Made by a program: the position numbers and the translations under genes
Part shown: piece after piece, positions 1 through 12,000 of the stretch
Layout: the number at the start of each line of letters is the position of its first letter
Position numbering within the stretch: position 1 is the first letter of the stretch
Notes under the pieces: generated by a model
What the model saw: only the letters and a program-made list of their open reading frames with translations
What the model was told of the DNA's origin: nothing
Databases searched by the model: none
Source: Veleropilina oligotropha
Lineage: Eukaryota
Reading direction: 5' to 3'
DNA: 64,000 bases
NCBI GenBank assembly: GCA_048128005.1
Contig: JBEUKZ010000022.1
Span: forward strand, 124,001 to 188,000

Positions 1-11
1 TCTTATTGCCG

Positions 12-1316
12 CTAGACAGTGGGTGAAGCAAGCCAATTAAATGCTAGGCCAACGACAACGCCATCCACAATGAGTGCGGTCTTCTCCTCATTGTGTAGTG
101 ATACCGAAGCCGCTGGAACAGCGGCCACTGTTACTGTCGGCTCAGCGTTTGGATGCTTCGGAGTGACTACCGGTCTGCTTGTATCTGTCTGTAAGACTGC
201 GACCTCGTCTTGTGGAATGACCAGTCCTTTTTCTCCAGTCTCCCCAGTGGCGTTGGGAGACACATTGGCTGTGTTGACGGTTGTATTAAGACCTAGTGTT
301 TGGTTTTGTGTTGCAATGATGATTTTGTTGTTATACCCAGCCACCTACCCGATTCGTAGAAGCATGTCACTTGGCGCCATATAAAGTCCAACGCCGAATA
401 CGAAGTCTACCTTGGATCTGGCAAACTGTAGCACATCTTGATACCATTTGATTGCTGATGGCAGATCAACTGGAGATGAGATGGCATCTTCCACGTTTGA
501 CAGGAACTGTGTTTGCGCGTCAAATGCTGTACCATTACCCATAATACTTGCACGTGTCTGAGCCTGTGCTCCAAGAATCGCGCAGACGTAAGTCCTGATG
601 GAATCATTGAGCCTTTCCACACCGGGTTGGGTAAATCCCGCCGATTTGTACAGAATAAACGAAGCCCAGCCATGAGTGCCAATAGCATCATGTGCTATAC
701 AGTCCACATGCAGTATCTTCTCTCTCGTAAATGACATCCAACTGGGATCATACTCATGTGCTATGGAGTGGTAGCCATTGTTTGTCCAGTAGTTGTACGC
801 TGTGCTGAGCCCGCTATTGGGACCCTTGACTCGCCAGTCGGTATGTGGAGACACTCCAAATTCGCTGCAGATCTTCTCATATGCCCTGCGGTCATACGGG
901 TTGTCGAATGCATCCCATGTCATGTCTTGAAGCAGCGGCGCCTGAATTTCGGACAATACCCTTCTGATCTGATTGTAGACATGGAAGGTGAATACGGCTC
1001 TGGTCAAGTGGTCTTCTGCAGATACCCCGGAACCTGTTGTAGCACACCATACTGCGAAGTTAACCTTGTTCTGCCAAAACCGCATGGGCGTGCTGTTCCA
1101 AGCCTGTATTAGCCGGTCAGTCGCGACGTGTGGGAGGCAATACTTTTGAAAGACATCTGGGTATTTTGCCTGGAATGCAGGATGGCTATTGCTATATTCA
1201 GACGAATATATAATGATGCTTGGTTTTGTAAGCTGCTCATCTTTTATCCGGGTTGGGTACAACCCACCAGTCTGAGAAGCCGCACTCCTATTAAAAGCAA
1301 AGGCACTCTTATCCAT
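12..1316 (-). pseudogene. Conserved element protein of unknown function with a C-terminal hydrophobic anchor, broken by one in-frame stop
   Basis: ORFs 345..1316 and 12..344 are in frame. LLRIG*VAGYNN here reads LLRIGQVAGYNN in the homolog at 40160-41353, so CAG>TAG at 345-347. Confidence 0.85.
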
Positions 1317-1335
1317 ATTGTCTGTAAGTACAATT

Positions 1336-1992
1336 ATGTTTCACACAGTAACGAATGTTCAAACGGGGACCGCGGTTGCCCTCCTGCAACCAATAGATAA
1401 CCGGGAAGGAAAGCTATGTGTTGGCTTGCGGTCGCTCGACTATGGGGTCGGTTGGCATAACGTACCCGCTGGAGCTTTCTTTAAAACCCCCAATAACAAT
1501 GTGTCAGTGGCACCAAGTTTCTACAGCTTCAATTCCCTCGCCAAGACTATGAAGAGGTCCCTAGTGAACATGCAGCTAGATGTAAGCCATGCTACGTGAC
1601 TCGCGCAACTCGTTGTTCCAGATGGAAATGAACTTATGCTAAGCGATGATCTACTTAAACTCATCGGCTTCAACGTTTCTGGGTGGCTACGGCCTGGTAC
1701 ATATGACGGGAACAAGAAAGTAGGGTTTGCCATTTCAGCGACCCTACACGTTTATCTGGAGCAGCTAAGTACAACAGATAATGTGAAAGTCGGTGCCCCG
1801 AGCAATGTTCTCGCGGTGGTTCCTATAACTTCGCAGATGTTCGGTGAAGCTGCCCACTTTCATAGTTATCCAGAATTCCAGCGACTGCAGGCCGGGTTAC
1901 TCACAGAATTGAACGTGTATGTCACAGATTCAGGCGGTAACCTGCTAGACAATCACGGTATGCCGATATCCGCAGTCCTTGAGATACAATGA
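1336..1992 (+). pseudogene. Probable minor capsid protein (penton, single jelly-roll) with one in-frame stop
   Basis: ATG 1336 to 1992 is one frame (about 218 codons) apart from TGA at 1597-1599. The C-terminus EFQRL..LLTELNVYVTDSGGNLLDNHGMPISAVLEI resembles Polinton penton C-termini. Confidence 0.65.
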
Positions 1993-2261
1993 GCAGCATT
2001 TATGGAACTCTTCTTGCAGATGTGCCTTCGGCGCAGTGCCAATTTGTTCTTCGTTGTCGAGCAGCACGCAAGAAAGAGCTGTTGTTCAGGGAGTTTATGA
2101 TTCCAAACACTGGAGGTCAGTTTGGGTCGAACCCAGACCTTCTAATGATCCACATAACGCTTGTCCATCCGACCGGCGGCAGCCCCAAGGCATGTGCTGT
2201 AAATAAAGTTGGCCTGGATTCGGATAAGCTAACACTCGCCTTTGCCCTCAAGGCCCCATGA
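1989..2261 (+). CDS. Hypothetical 90-aa element protein
   Basis: Its ATG overlaps the penton-like stop (ATGA), typical of compact viral gene packing. Confidence 0.5.
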   Translation: MSSIYGTLLADVPSAQCQFVLRCRAARKKELLFREFMIPNTGGQFGSNPDLLMIHITLVHPTGGSPKACAVNKVGLDSDKLTLAFALKAP

Positions 2262-2333
2262 CTGAATATTATCTATTTGAACGTCAAGGTAGATATTATA
2301 TCCCAGCCTGCTGAAAAGCATAGCTACATATAG

Positions 2334-2971
2334 ATGGACAAACCTACGCTGCCATCAGCGCCAACGCTGTATCCACATGGGCATGGCGACCTTCTTTCGG
2401 AACTGTCGGAGGCGCAGTCTTTCCGACTGCAAAAGTGAATGAGCTTCAGGGACAGCTAGAACGAGAGAGGGACACAAGGGCTGGTCTGTACAAGAAGTAC
2501 CGAAGAGGCGTGAATGTCATTGATGGGATAGATTCGGCCTTTGTCATTGCCAGCCTTGGTATGGGTAGCGCCGGAATTAGTCTGTTGTCAACAGTTATTG
2601 CGGCACCTGTTGTATTAGTGCTTGAATTAGCGGCGTTGGGGTGTGGGCTCGCTAGCATGGGTGGTAAATACGTTAACCGCCACCTCCAAGTGAAGGCTAA
2701 AAAGCACGATGTGATACGAATACTGGCCGAAAGCAAACTGAACACCATCAATGACCACATTTCAAAGGCCTTAGCGGATGGGGAGATGTCTGATAATGAA
2801 TTCCAACTTGTTACAGATGAGATGGCGAAATATCGGACAATGAAAGCAACGCTCCGTATCAAAGGTACAAAGGCGCACACCGCGGTTTCACAGACCCAAA
2901 GCGAGCTTATTGCACGTGTTCGTAAAGAGGCACGCGCAGAGTTACTGAAAAAAATCGGAGTTGGCGATTAA
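2334..2971 (+). pseudogene. Coiled-coil plus hydrophobic-hairpin protein of Polinton-like elements, frameshifted
   Basis: ATG 2334 gives MDKPTLPSAPTLYP...QSFRLQK and then TGA. Restoring one base in the A-run at about 2431-2434 joins it to ORF 2435..2971 (ELQGQLERERDTRAGLYKKYRR, two Gly/Ala-rich hydrophobic segments, LAESKLNTINDHISKALADG). Confidence 0.7.
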
Positions 2972-3105
2972 CCATTCAGGTTAATCGTAACCACGACTTC
3001 CCCCCCTATTAAAGCTATGCCTCTATCAGATATAGTTATGTCTGGATACAGTCGTCATGCAACTGCACATTAGCCGGTGGGAATTACATATTTATTTAAC
3101 TGATA

Positions 3106-3292
3106 TCGCATAGAAATTGATAATAACAGGTAGAAAACTAGGTTTAGTCGTCGATGTGTTGAGTTGACAATAAATGTTATCAAGTTATTGATAGCCCAGC
3201 CTGCCTGTTATCTCATAGAAATTGATAATAACAGGTATAAAACTAGGTCAGATTAGTGGTCGATGTGTTGAGTTGACAATAAATGTTATCAA
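3106..3292. repeat. Subterminal direct repeat, two copies of about 80 bp
   Basis: catagaaattgataataacaggta-aaaactaggt...gtcgatgtgttgagttgacaataaatgttatcaa at about 3106-3183 and about 3211-3292. Confidence 0.85.
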
Positions 3293-3368
3293 TCAGTTAT
3301 ATGGGAGAGGTAAGTATGTATGTATGCATTCTCGTTTCGGAAGGCGCTGGGGGCCGCCCTGGCCCCAA

Positions 3369-3398
3369 TAATCGAGTTCAAAATGCCCTAGTCCCCCC
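3369..3398 (-). repeat. Right terminal inverted repeat of the element family
   Basis: Reverse complement GGGGGGACTAGGGCATTTTGAACTCGATTA matches 28641-28670 GGGGGGACTAGGGGGTTTTGAACTCGGTTA at 27/30. Confidence 0.8.
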
Positions 3399-3425
3399 GA
3401 AACCATTCTGATAATATTCGTAGAT

Positions 3426-3508
3426 CATGAGATGCATAGTGACACACTTCTTTCACAGACTTCGCTTTTGCAAGTCTGTGAAAGAAGCGTGTCACTATGC
3501 ATCACATG
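3426..3508. repeat. Near-perfect hairpin, 37-bp arms and 9-nt loop
   Basis: catgagatgcatagtgacacacttctttcacagactt / aagtctgtgaaagaagcgtgtcactatgcatcacatg, with 2 mismatches. Confidence 0.9.
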
Positions 3509-5516
3509 TCTCGGTCATTTTGCCATAGTGCAACACCGTGTATTATTCATCATAATACACGTGTGTCAAAAGCCATATCGAAATGCAATCGGCTGTTTAC
3601 AATGAGACCTTAAAGTAACCAATGAAAATGCAAGTGATGAAACTTCATTCGAAAAAATGCCTATATAGAAACGATTCCGGCCAAACTCAATCCCAAACGT
3701 AATCGACGATAACGTGTCGCACATAGATGTTAGGATTACCGTTGTAAATTTTAAGAACAAATAGTATTCATTATTCTTTTTCAGTTAGAAAACATATATA
3801 AAATTTTTGCATTTTATAATCACATATTTGCTTGTTAATAATCTTTAATTGTACTTTTACAAGCACGTAAACATTGTATTTCGTAACAAATTTCACTATT
3901 GTTAGTAATGTGTGAGTATGGCGTTATTCCATCTTAGTGTCAACGTCGCTACTTTCTAATAGCGAAGCTGCGAATTGTTTTAAATTATAAATAGAACATC
4001 ACATTATAAATAGAACATCACATTCGTGGTGGTGTAATATATGTGATATTACATCACCACCCATGTGAGAACCTCTATTTACTAGATGTGTACAAAAAAT
4101 ACAAGACACCAGTTCAATCCACGGTGGGCGTATGATAATATTTCCATTCCATATAGTCTCCATTGCACACAGCATCAATTTGTTTCATCATTCAACGTGC
4201 ATTCCAAGATAAAAATGCTAATTTTATTAACGTCTGTATTATACTGGAGCATTTTCATACTATTGTGGATTGTAATTCCAAAATAACAGATGAAACTTGA
4301 ATTGCTTATCCTTTATGAACTACCTGTTCCTGCATCATTGGTACACTGTACTTCCGAAGTGCCTTTTGTCAGACCGCTGTATTTGAACCCACTCTGACAT
4401 ACAATTATTGAATGTTTTTCCTGTGAATATAATAATTTATCCACAAAGGACTGTTATATTCACCTAGGTGAGATGAATATCACTTTCAGATATGGATAAA
4501 TCATTTTATTCACTGAAAGAGCAGTCAATAATTATATTATTATATGACGTCAACTAATCCCTATTACATTCATGTTTATTGTATACCAACATAAACATGC
4601 CGCATTACAGAACATGTACTTCTAGCCAACGGATGCAGAACAAATTAATGAAGTAAATAGTTTCGTTGTATTTAAATGAAGAGTGACCACGTGCCCATCT
4701 TCTTGCCAATCAGAGCGGAAAAGGTCAACGGATTCGTTATATTGACCTGTCACGCTGCGAATATTGCGTCATAACCATTGTCACGTGATCAACTTTTGGC
4801 CAATGAGAGTGGACGAAAATACATTGTCATGTTAGTGTCACAATATACAAAACTGTATGAGGTACATGAGGAAAGTCATTTACAAATCATTGAGTATCCT
4901 CCTGGCACAGCTAGTAACAAACAACTCTAGGTTGAAGTCATCATTGTGGGTAAGGGTGTCTTAATTTAAAATTATTAGTCATAAGCAGGTACCATATACA
5001 TGCACATAGTCTTTACTTAATTTAAGATACTACAAGCATTTTCATTATATACTGCGAAAATGCATGATCAATTAAATACCAAAAATTCAATCTAAATACT
5101 GAAATGCCCTGCTGTTGTCTTACCACTACTTTTTATGATTCAAAAGATAAATGAATGCATTGATGCTTAAGGACCACAACAACAAAAGGACCATATCAAA
5201 GAATTTTCATTCATAATGAAGCAGATCAATGTTGGGAGACTAATTTATCGGATTTGAATAAATTTGTAGTAATGCTAAATATCCCATTTAACACCATTCA
5301 GGTTCATACCAGGTCATGTACATAGTGTGGCCAGAGAAAACCCTAACCCTGTCGGTGAAATCGGAGTGGGACCGTAAACCGGGTGCTGAAAAATTGCCAA
5401 TGTGGTCGTAACAAAAAGTTGCCATCCAATCCAATATCTGTAAAAAACATGCACTTTATTTGATTTGCGGTCCCTTGAATAAACAGTCTGTAAATTCGAC
5501 AGCAATAGTATATTGC

Positions 5517-6021
<505 letters not shown>

Positions 6022-6294
6022 GGTACCGTCAATCAGCCAAACAAGTCGTTTTGCCAAATGCCTGAAGTGTTCAGTCATTTGGACAAACCGCCGTGACCAC
6101 CAGACGTACGCTTGGCCAATTGCCTAAAATTTCTAGTCATTTTGCCAAATGGCTCAAGGCATTTAGCCAATTGACTGAAATAAACAAACGCCTGTTACCG
6201 TCAATCAGCGCAATGAGTCATTTTCCCTAATGCCTGAAGTGTTCAGTCATTTTGGCAAACGGTTGGATAATTTGCAGTTTAAAGGTCCCCAGTG

Positions 6295-7092
6295 TATTAA
6301 TCGTGCAGAACACATGACCAAGATCCATTACGGACGTTACCTTAATTGTAAGAACAATTAGTATTTTGAGCATTTGGTAATGTGGGCATTAGGGTTAGGA
6401 ATATATTATATGGGCATTAGGGACAGTGTATTATTAAGCAGGGTTAGCTAACCCTAAAACTGAAACCCACTAAACTCGTTCATAAACACATGATCAAGAT
6501 CCATTTTGGAAATGAAGTACGGACGTTACCGTGTAATATGGGCATTGGGGTTATGAATATATTCTATAGGCATTAGTTTCAGTGTATTATTAGGCAGGAT
6601 TAGCTAACCCTAAAACTGACCATTAATATCGTGCATATACACAGGACAAAGATACATTTTGGACATGAATTACGGACGTTACCGTGTAATATGGGCATAA
6701 TGGTTAGGAATATATTATATGGGCATTAGGGTCAGTATATTATTAAGCAGGATTGGCTAACCTTAAAACTGACCGTTAATCTCGTGCATATACACATGAC
6801 AAAGATACATTTTGGACATGAATTACGGACGTTACCTTGTAATATGGGCATTATGGTTAGGAATATATTATATGGGCATTAGGGTCAGTATATTATTAAG
6901 CAGGGTTAGTTAACCCTAAAACTGAGACCCATTAAACTCGTGCATATACACATGACAATGATACATTTTGGACATGAATTACGGACGTTTCCGTGTAATA
7001 TGGGCATTATGGTTAGGAATATATTCTATGGGCATTAGGGTCAGTATATTATTAAGCAGGGTTAGCTAACCCTAAAACTGAGAACCATTAAA
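6295..7092. repeat. Minisatellite of about 153-156 bp, about 5 copies
   Basis: Recurring acggacgttacc...aatatgggcatta...gggttagctaaccctaaaactga at about 6330, 6520, 6672, 6825 and 6981. Confidence 0.9.
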
Positions 7093-7499
7093 CTGCAAGT
7101 GACCTCAAACGTCCATGACCCAGAAACCAATTTTATGTATCGGTGTGGGAGACCGTAGCAGAGCCGCGTCCTGAAGCTGCAGCAAGGTACAAGAGCGGGC
7201 ACCGCGCATATGTTGGCAGATCGATCAAAGGGAGAACTGACGAGAGCGCGAAGCCTTGCACTTGGTACATAAACCGCCCACGAACATTTGATATCATTTT
7301 AATAATTATCTCCCTTAAATATAATTGAAGCACTCACTAACATCACTTGCAACATTTAAGTCACATTACAAGCTCCTACTACTAAAAGATTATATAAATG
7401 AACACATAAGCAATTAGACAGCATATATTGTTCTAACTTAATGTTACTTATATAACACACCATAAAACACATCCTAAATTATTATACTCTAGGGCAAAG

Positions 7500-7705
7500 A
7501 GGTGGTCCCAATATAAGCCCCACCAGGCTTCTCTGGATCTCCTCGTCAACTTTACAGTCTGTAAGGGTTTTTTTACCTTTAATATCATTACACGTTACTT
7601 TGTACATCGTTAGTCTTTTTTCTGTTAATTTTATGTTAATTGTGTATATTGTATATTGTATTGTAAATGTTGGCAAATAAACCATCATCATCATCATCAT
7701 CATCA
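7500..7705 (+). mobile_element. Possible 3' end fragment of a LINE/SINE with a (CAT)n tail
   Basis: T/G-rich 3'UTR-like stretch, then AAATAAA followed by about 7 CAT repeats (7683-7703). Confidence 0.35.
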
Positions 7706-8394
7706 ATAAGTCATCTGGCATATTTTGAAGGCGATATAAGCATTTTAGGCGTTAGATCTATCCCATCTTTCCAATAAATAAATATTACAATTAGCTATTT
7801 TTATAAATATTTTATTCAAGATGTCCTGGTTAAGTAGTATCGCAAAATGAAAGCCATATAGAAATAATGTCAGCATACTCAAGTTAATTTTCTGAACTCA
7901 CACTAAAGAAGATTTTGATCAGTTGTCAGAAATTAGTGCAGGAAATCTATTGGTGAAATGTCTGGCAATCTCAGATATGACTAATTGCTTGAAAAGGGAT
8001 GCAGGCATGTAGTTAAAGGCCGGAAAAGTGACAATGCTTTGGGGGCGTGGCGTTAAATCGGTGGGTATACAATTTGCGTGTGAAGTTTGGAGGTGATATT
8101 TGCTCTACCAACTAAAAACACACTTCGTAATTGGATTTCTGTTGTTTTAACCATGTGGCAACCAATCATGTCGATGTGGTCTGATCAGTTTCCAAATCAG
8201 AAATGAGGTCGTTCCTGCCTTTTATAGTCGCACCCTGGTCTTTAAATAAAAACCATTCATCTCACACAAATGGCTTGGGATTTTAGTGATTTGGGTCACG
8301 GCAGTTTGTCCAAATGACAGAAATTTTCAGGCATTTGGAAAAACGACTTGTTTGGCTGATTGACGGTAACATATGTTCGTATATATTTATTTTC

Positions 8395-8595
8395 TATATA
8401 ATCTATATATATATGTATGTATGTATCTATGTGTATGTGTGTATGTGTGTATGTGTGTGTGTGTGTGTGCGTGCGTGCGTCCATGCATGCATGTATGCAT
8501 GTTTGCATGTATGCATGTATGCATGTATGCATGCATGTATGTAAGTATGTATGTATCTATGTAAGTATGTATGTATGTATGTATGTATGTATGTA
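8395..8595. repeat. Compound microsatellite (TA/TG/TGCA/GTAT)
   Basis: Read directly; the (GTAT)n run merges into the first 279-bp unit. Confidence 0.95.
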
Positions 8596-9000
8596 TTTAT
8601 TAGACAATTATATGAGAGGCATAACATGGTTTTGTTTTAACCAACATATATTAACACACTGGCATCGATGTTTACGGCCATTCTCCATATCATATTAAGA
8701 ACATGAAATTTGTGTATCAGTTAAGGTGTCATATATCCCGACGGGACTCGAACCCGCGATCCCCTGAATTCCGTCCAGGCCCTCTACCGACTAAGCTACG
8801 GGAACCGACGAGAAACATGGCTCTGAAACTGATACAAGTGATGGCCAGTAACTGTCGGCTCTGGCCTGTATGTATTTATTAGACAATTATATGAGAGGCA
8901 TAACATGGTTTTGTTTTAACCAACATATATTAACGCACTGGCATCGATGTTTATGGCCATTCTCCATATCATATTAATAACATGAATTTGTGTATCAGTT

Positions 9001-9004
9001 AAAA
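9001..9004 (-). terminator. Possible Pol III terminator (TTTT) 6 nt after the tRNA-like sequence; representative copy
   Basis: Minus strand reads ...CGGGATAT ATGACA TTTT; conserved in most units. Confidence 0.45.
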
Positions 9005-9010
9005 TGTCAT

Positions 9011-9083
9011 ATATCCCGACGGGACTCGAACCCGCGATCTCCTGAATTCCGTCCAGGCGCTCTACCGACTAAGCTACGGGAAC
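9011..9083 (-). ncRNA. tRNA-like (pseudo-tRNA/SINE-head) sequence; representative copy, present in nearly every unit
   Basis: GTTCCCG TA GCTT AGTCGGTA GAGC G CCTGG ACGGAAT TCAGG AGATC GCGGG TTCGAGT CCCGT CGGGATA T. D, anticodon and T stems pair; the acceptor pairs 5/7. A box TAGCTTAGTCGG, B box GGTTCGAGTCC. Anticodon position reads GGA but C33 replaces U33 and there is no long Ser variable arm. Confidence 0.85.
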
Positions 9084-12000
9084 CGACGAGAAACATGGCA
9101 CTGAAACTGATACAAGTGATGGCCCGTAACGGTCGGCTCTGGCTTGTATGTATTTATTAGACAATTATATGAGAGGCATAACATGGTTTTGTTTTAACCA
9201 ACATATATTAACGCACTGGCATCGATGTTTACGGCCATTCACCATATCATATTAAGAACATGAAATTTGTGTATCAGTTAAAATGTCATATATCCCGACG
9301 GGACTCGAACCCGCGATCTCCTGAATTCCGTCCAGGCGCTCTACCGCTTAAGCTACGGGAACCGACGAGAAACATGGCACCGAAACTGATACAAGTGATG
9401 GCCAGTAACGGTCGGCTCTGGCTTGTATGTGTTTATTAGACAATTATATGAAAGGCATAACATGGTTTTGTTTTAACCAACATATATTAACGCACTGGCA
9501 TCGATGTTTACGGCCATTCTCCATATCATATTAAGAACATGAAATTTGTGTATCAGTTAAAATGTCATATATCCCGACGGGACTCGAACCTGCGATCTCC
9601 TGAATTCCGTCCAGGCGCTCTACCGCTTAAGCTACGGGAACCGACGAGAAACATGGCACCGAAACTGATACAAGTGATGGCCAGTAACGGTCGGCTCTGG
9701 GTTGTTTGTATTTATTAGACAATTATATGAGAGGCATAACATGGTTTTGTTTTAACCAACATATATTAACGCAATGGCATCGATGTTGACGGCCATTCTC
9801 CATATCATATTAAGAACATGTAATTTGTGTAACAGTTAAAATGTCATATATCCCGACGGGACTCGAACCCTCGATCTCCTGAATTCCGTCCAGGCGCTCT
9901 ACCGCTTAAGCTACGGGAACCAACGAGAAACATGGCACCGAAACTGATACAAGTGATGGCCAGTAATGGTCGGCTCTGGATTGTATGTATTTATTAGACA
10001 ATTATATGAGAGGCATAACATGGTTTTGTTTTAACCAACATATATGAATGCACTGGCATCGATGTTTACGGCCATTCTCCATATCATATTAAGAACATGA
10101 AATTTGTGTATCAGTTAAAAGGTTAGGGTTAGGGTTAACCCACGATCTCCTGAATTCCGTCCATGCGCTCTACCGCTTAAGTTATGGGAACCGACGAGAA
10201 ACATGGCACCGAAACTGATACAAGTGATGGCCAGTAACTGTCGGCTCTGGCTTGTATGTATTTATTAGACAATTATATGAGAGGCATAACATGGTTTTGT
10301 TTTAACCAACATATATTAACGCACTGGCATTGATGTTTGCGGCCATTCTCCATATCATATTAAGAACATGAAATTTGTGAATCAGTTAAAATGTCATATA
10401 TCCTGACGGGACTCGAACCCGCGATCTCCTGAATTCCGTAAAGGCGCTCTACCGCTTAAGCTACGGGAACCGACGAGAAACATGGCACCGAAACTGAAAC
10501 AAGTGATGGCCAGTAACGGTCGGCTCTGGCTTGTATGTGTTTATTAGACAATTATATGAAAGGCATAACATGGTTTTGTTTTAACCAACATATATTAACG
10601 CACTGGCATTGATGTTTACGGCCATTCTCCATATCATATTAAGAACATGAAATTTGTGTATCAGTTGAAATATCATATATCCCGACGGGACTTGAACCCG
10701 CAATCTCCTGAATTCTGTCCGGGCGCTCTACCGCTTAAGCTATGGGAACCAACGAGAAACATGGCACCGAAACTGATACAAGTGATGGCCAGTAACGGTC
10801 GGCTCTGGCTTGTATGTATTTATTAGACAATTATATGAGAGGCATAACATGGTTTTGTTTTAACCAACATATATTAATGCACTGGCATCGATGTTTACGG
10901 CCATTCGCCATATCATATTAAGAACATGAAATTTGTGTATCAGTTAAAATGTCATATATCCCAATGGGACTCGAACCCGCGATCTCCTGAATTCCGTCCA
11001 GGCGCTCTACCGCTTAAGCTACGGGAACCGACGAGAAACATGGCACCGAAACTGATACAAGTGATGGCCAGTAACGGTCGGCTCTGGCTTGTATGTATTT
11101 ATTAGACAATTATATGAGAGGCATAACATGGTTTTGTTTTAACCAACATATATTAATGCACTGGCATCGATGTTTACCGCCATTCTCCATATCATATTAA
11201 GAACATGAAATTTGTGCATCAGTTAAAAGGTCATATATCCCGATGGGACTCGAACCCACGATCTCCTGAATTCCGTCCAGGCGCTCTACCGACTAAGCTA
11301 CGGGAACCGACGAGAAACATGGCACTGAAACTGATACAAGTGATGGCCAATAACGGTCGGCTCTGGCTTGTATGTATTTATTAGACAATTATATGAGAGG
11401 CATAACATGGTTTTGTTTTAACCAACATATATTAACGCACTGGCATCGATGTTTACGGCCATTCTACATATCATATTAAGAACATGAAATTTGTGTATCA
11501 GTTAAAATGTCATATATCCCGACGGGGCTCGAACCCGCGATCTCCTGAATTCCGTCCAGGCGCTCTACCGACTAAGCTACGGGAACCGACGAGAAACATG
11601 GCACTGAAACTGATACAAGTGATGGCCAGTAATGGTCGGCTCTGGCTTGTATGTATTTATTAGACAATTATATGAGAGGCATAACATGGTTTTGTTTTAA
11701 CCAACATATATTAACGCACTGGCATCGATGTTTACGGCCATTCTCCATATCATATTAAGAACATGTAATTTGTGTAACAGTTAAAATGTCATATATCCCG
11801 CCGGGACTCGAACCCGCGATCTCCTGAATTCCGTCCAGGCGCTCTACCGCTTAAGCTACGGGAACCAACGAGAAACATGGCACCGAAACTGATACAAGTG
11901 ATGGCCAGTAACAGTCGGCTCTAGCTTGTATGTATTTATTAGACAATTATATGAGAGGCATAACATGGTTTTGTTTTAACCAACATATATTAACGCACTG

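Larger units (their letters stand above)
1..3398. mobile_element. Polinton/Maverick-like endogenous viral element, copy 1 (right arm; runs off the left edge of the window)
   Basis: Dense, intronless ORFs, including a penton-like gene and a homolog of the 40160-41353 gene. Ends at ...CCCTAGTCCCCCC (3398), the reverse complement of the copy 2 left end. AT-rich host-like DNA follows. Confidence 0.85.

Noticed and set aside
8296..8698. MYVC/HTYI-type ORFs
   Set aside because: Translation of a compound microsatellite.
9011..9083. Functional tRNA-Ser(GGA) gene cluster
   Set aside because: Acceptor pairs 1-72 and 2-71 are mismatched, position 33 is C, and the long variable arm of Ser tRNAs is missing.
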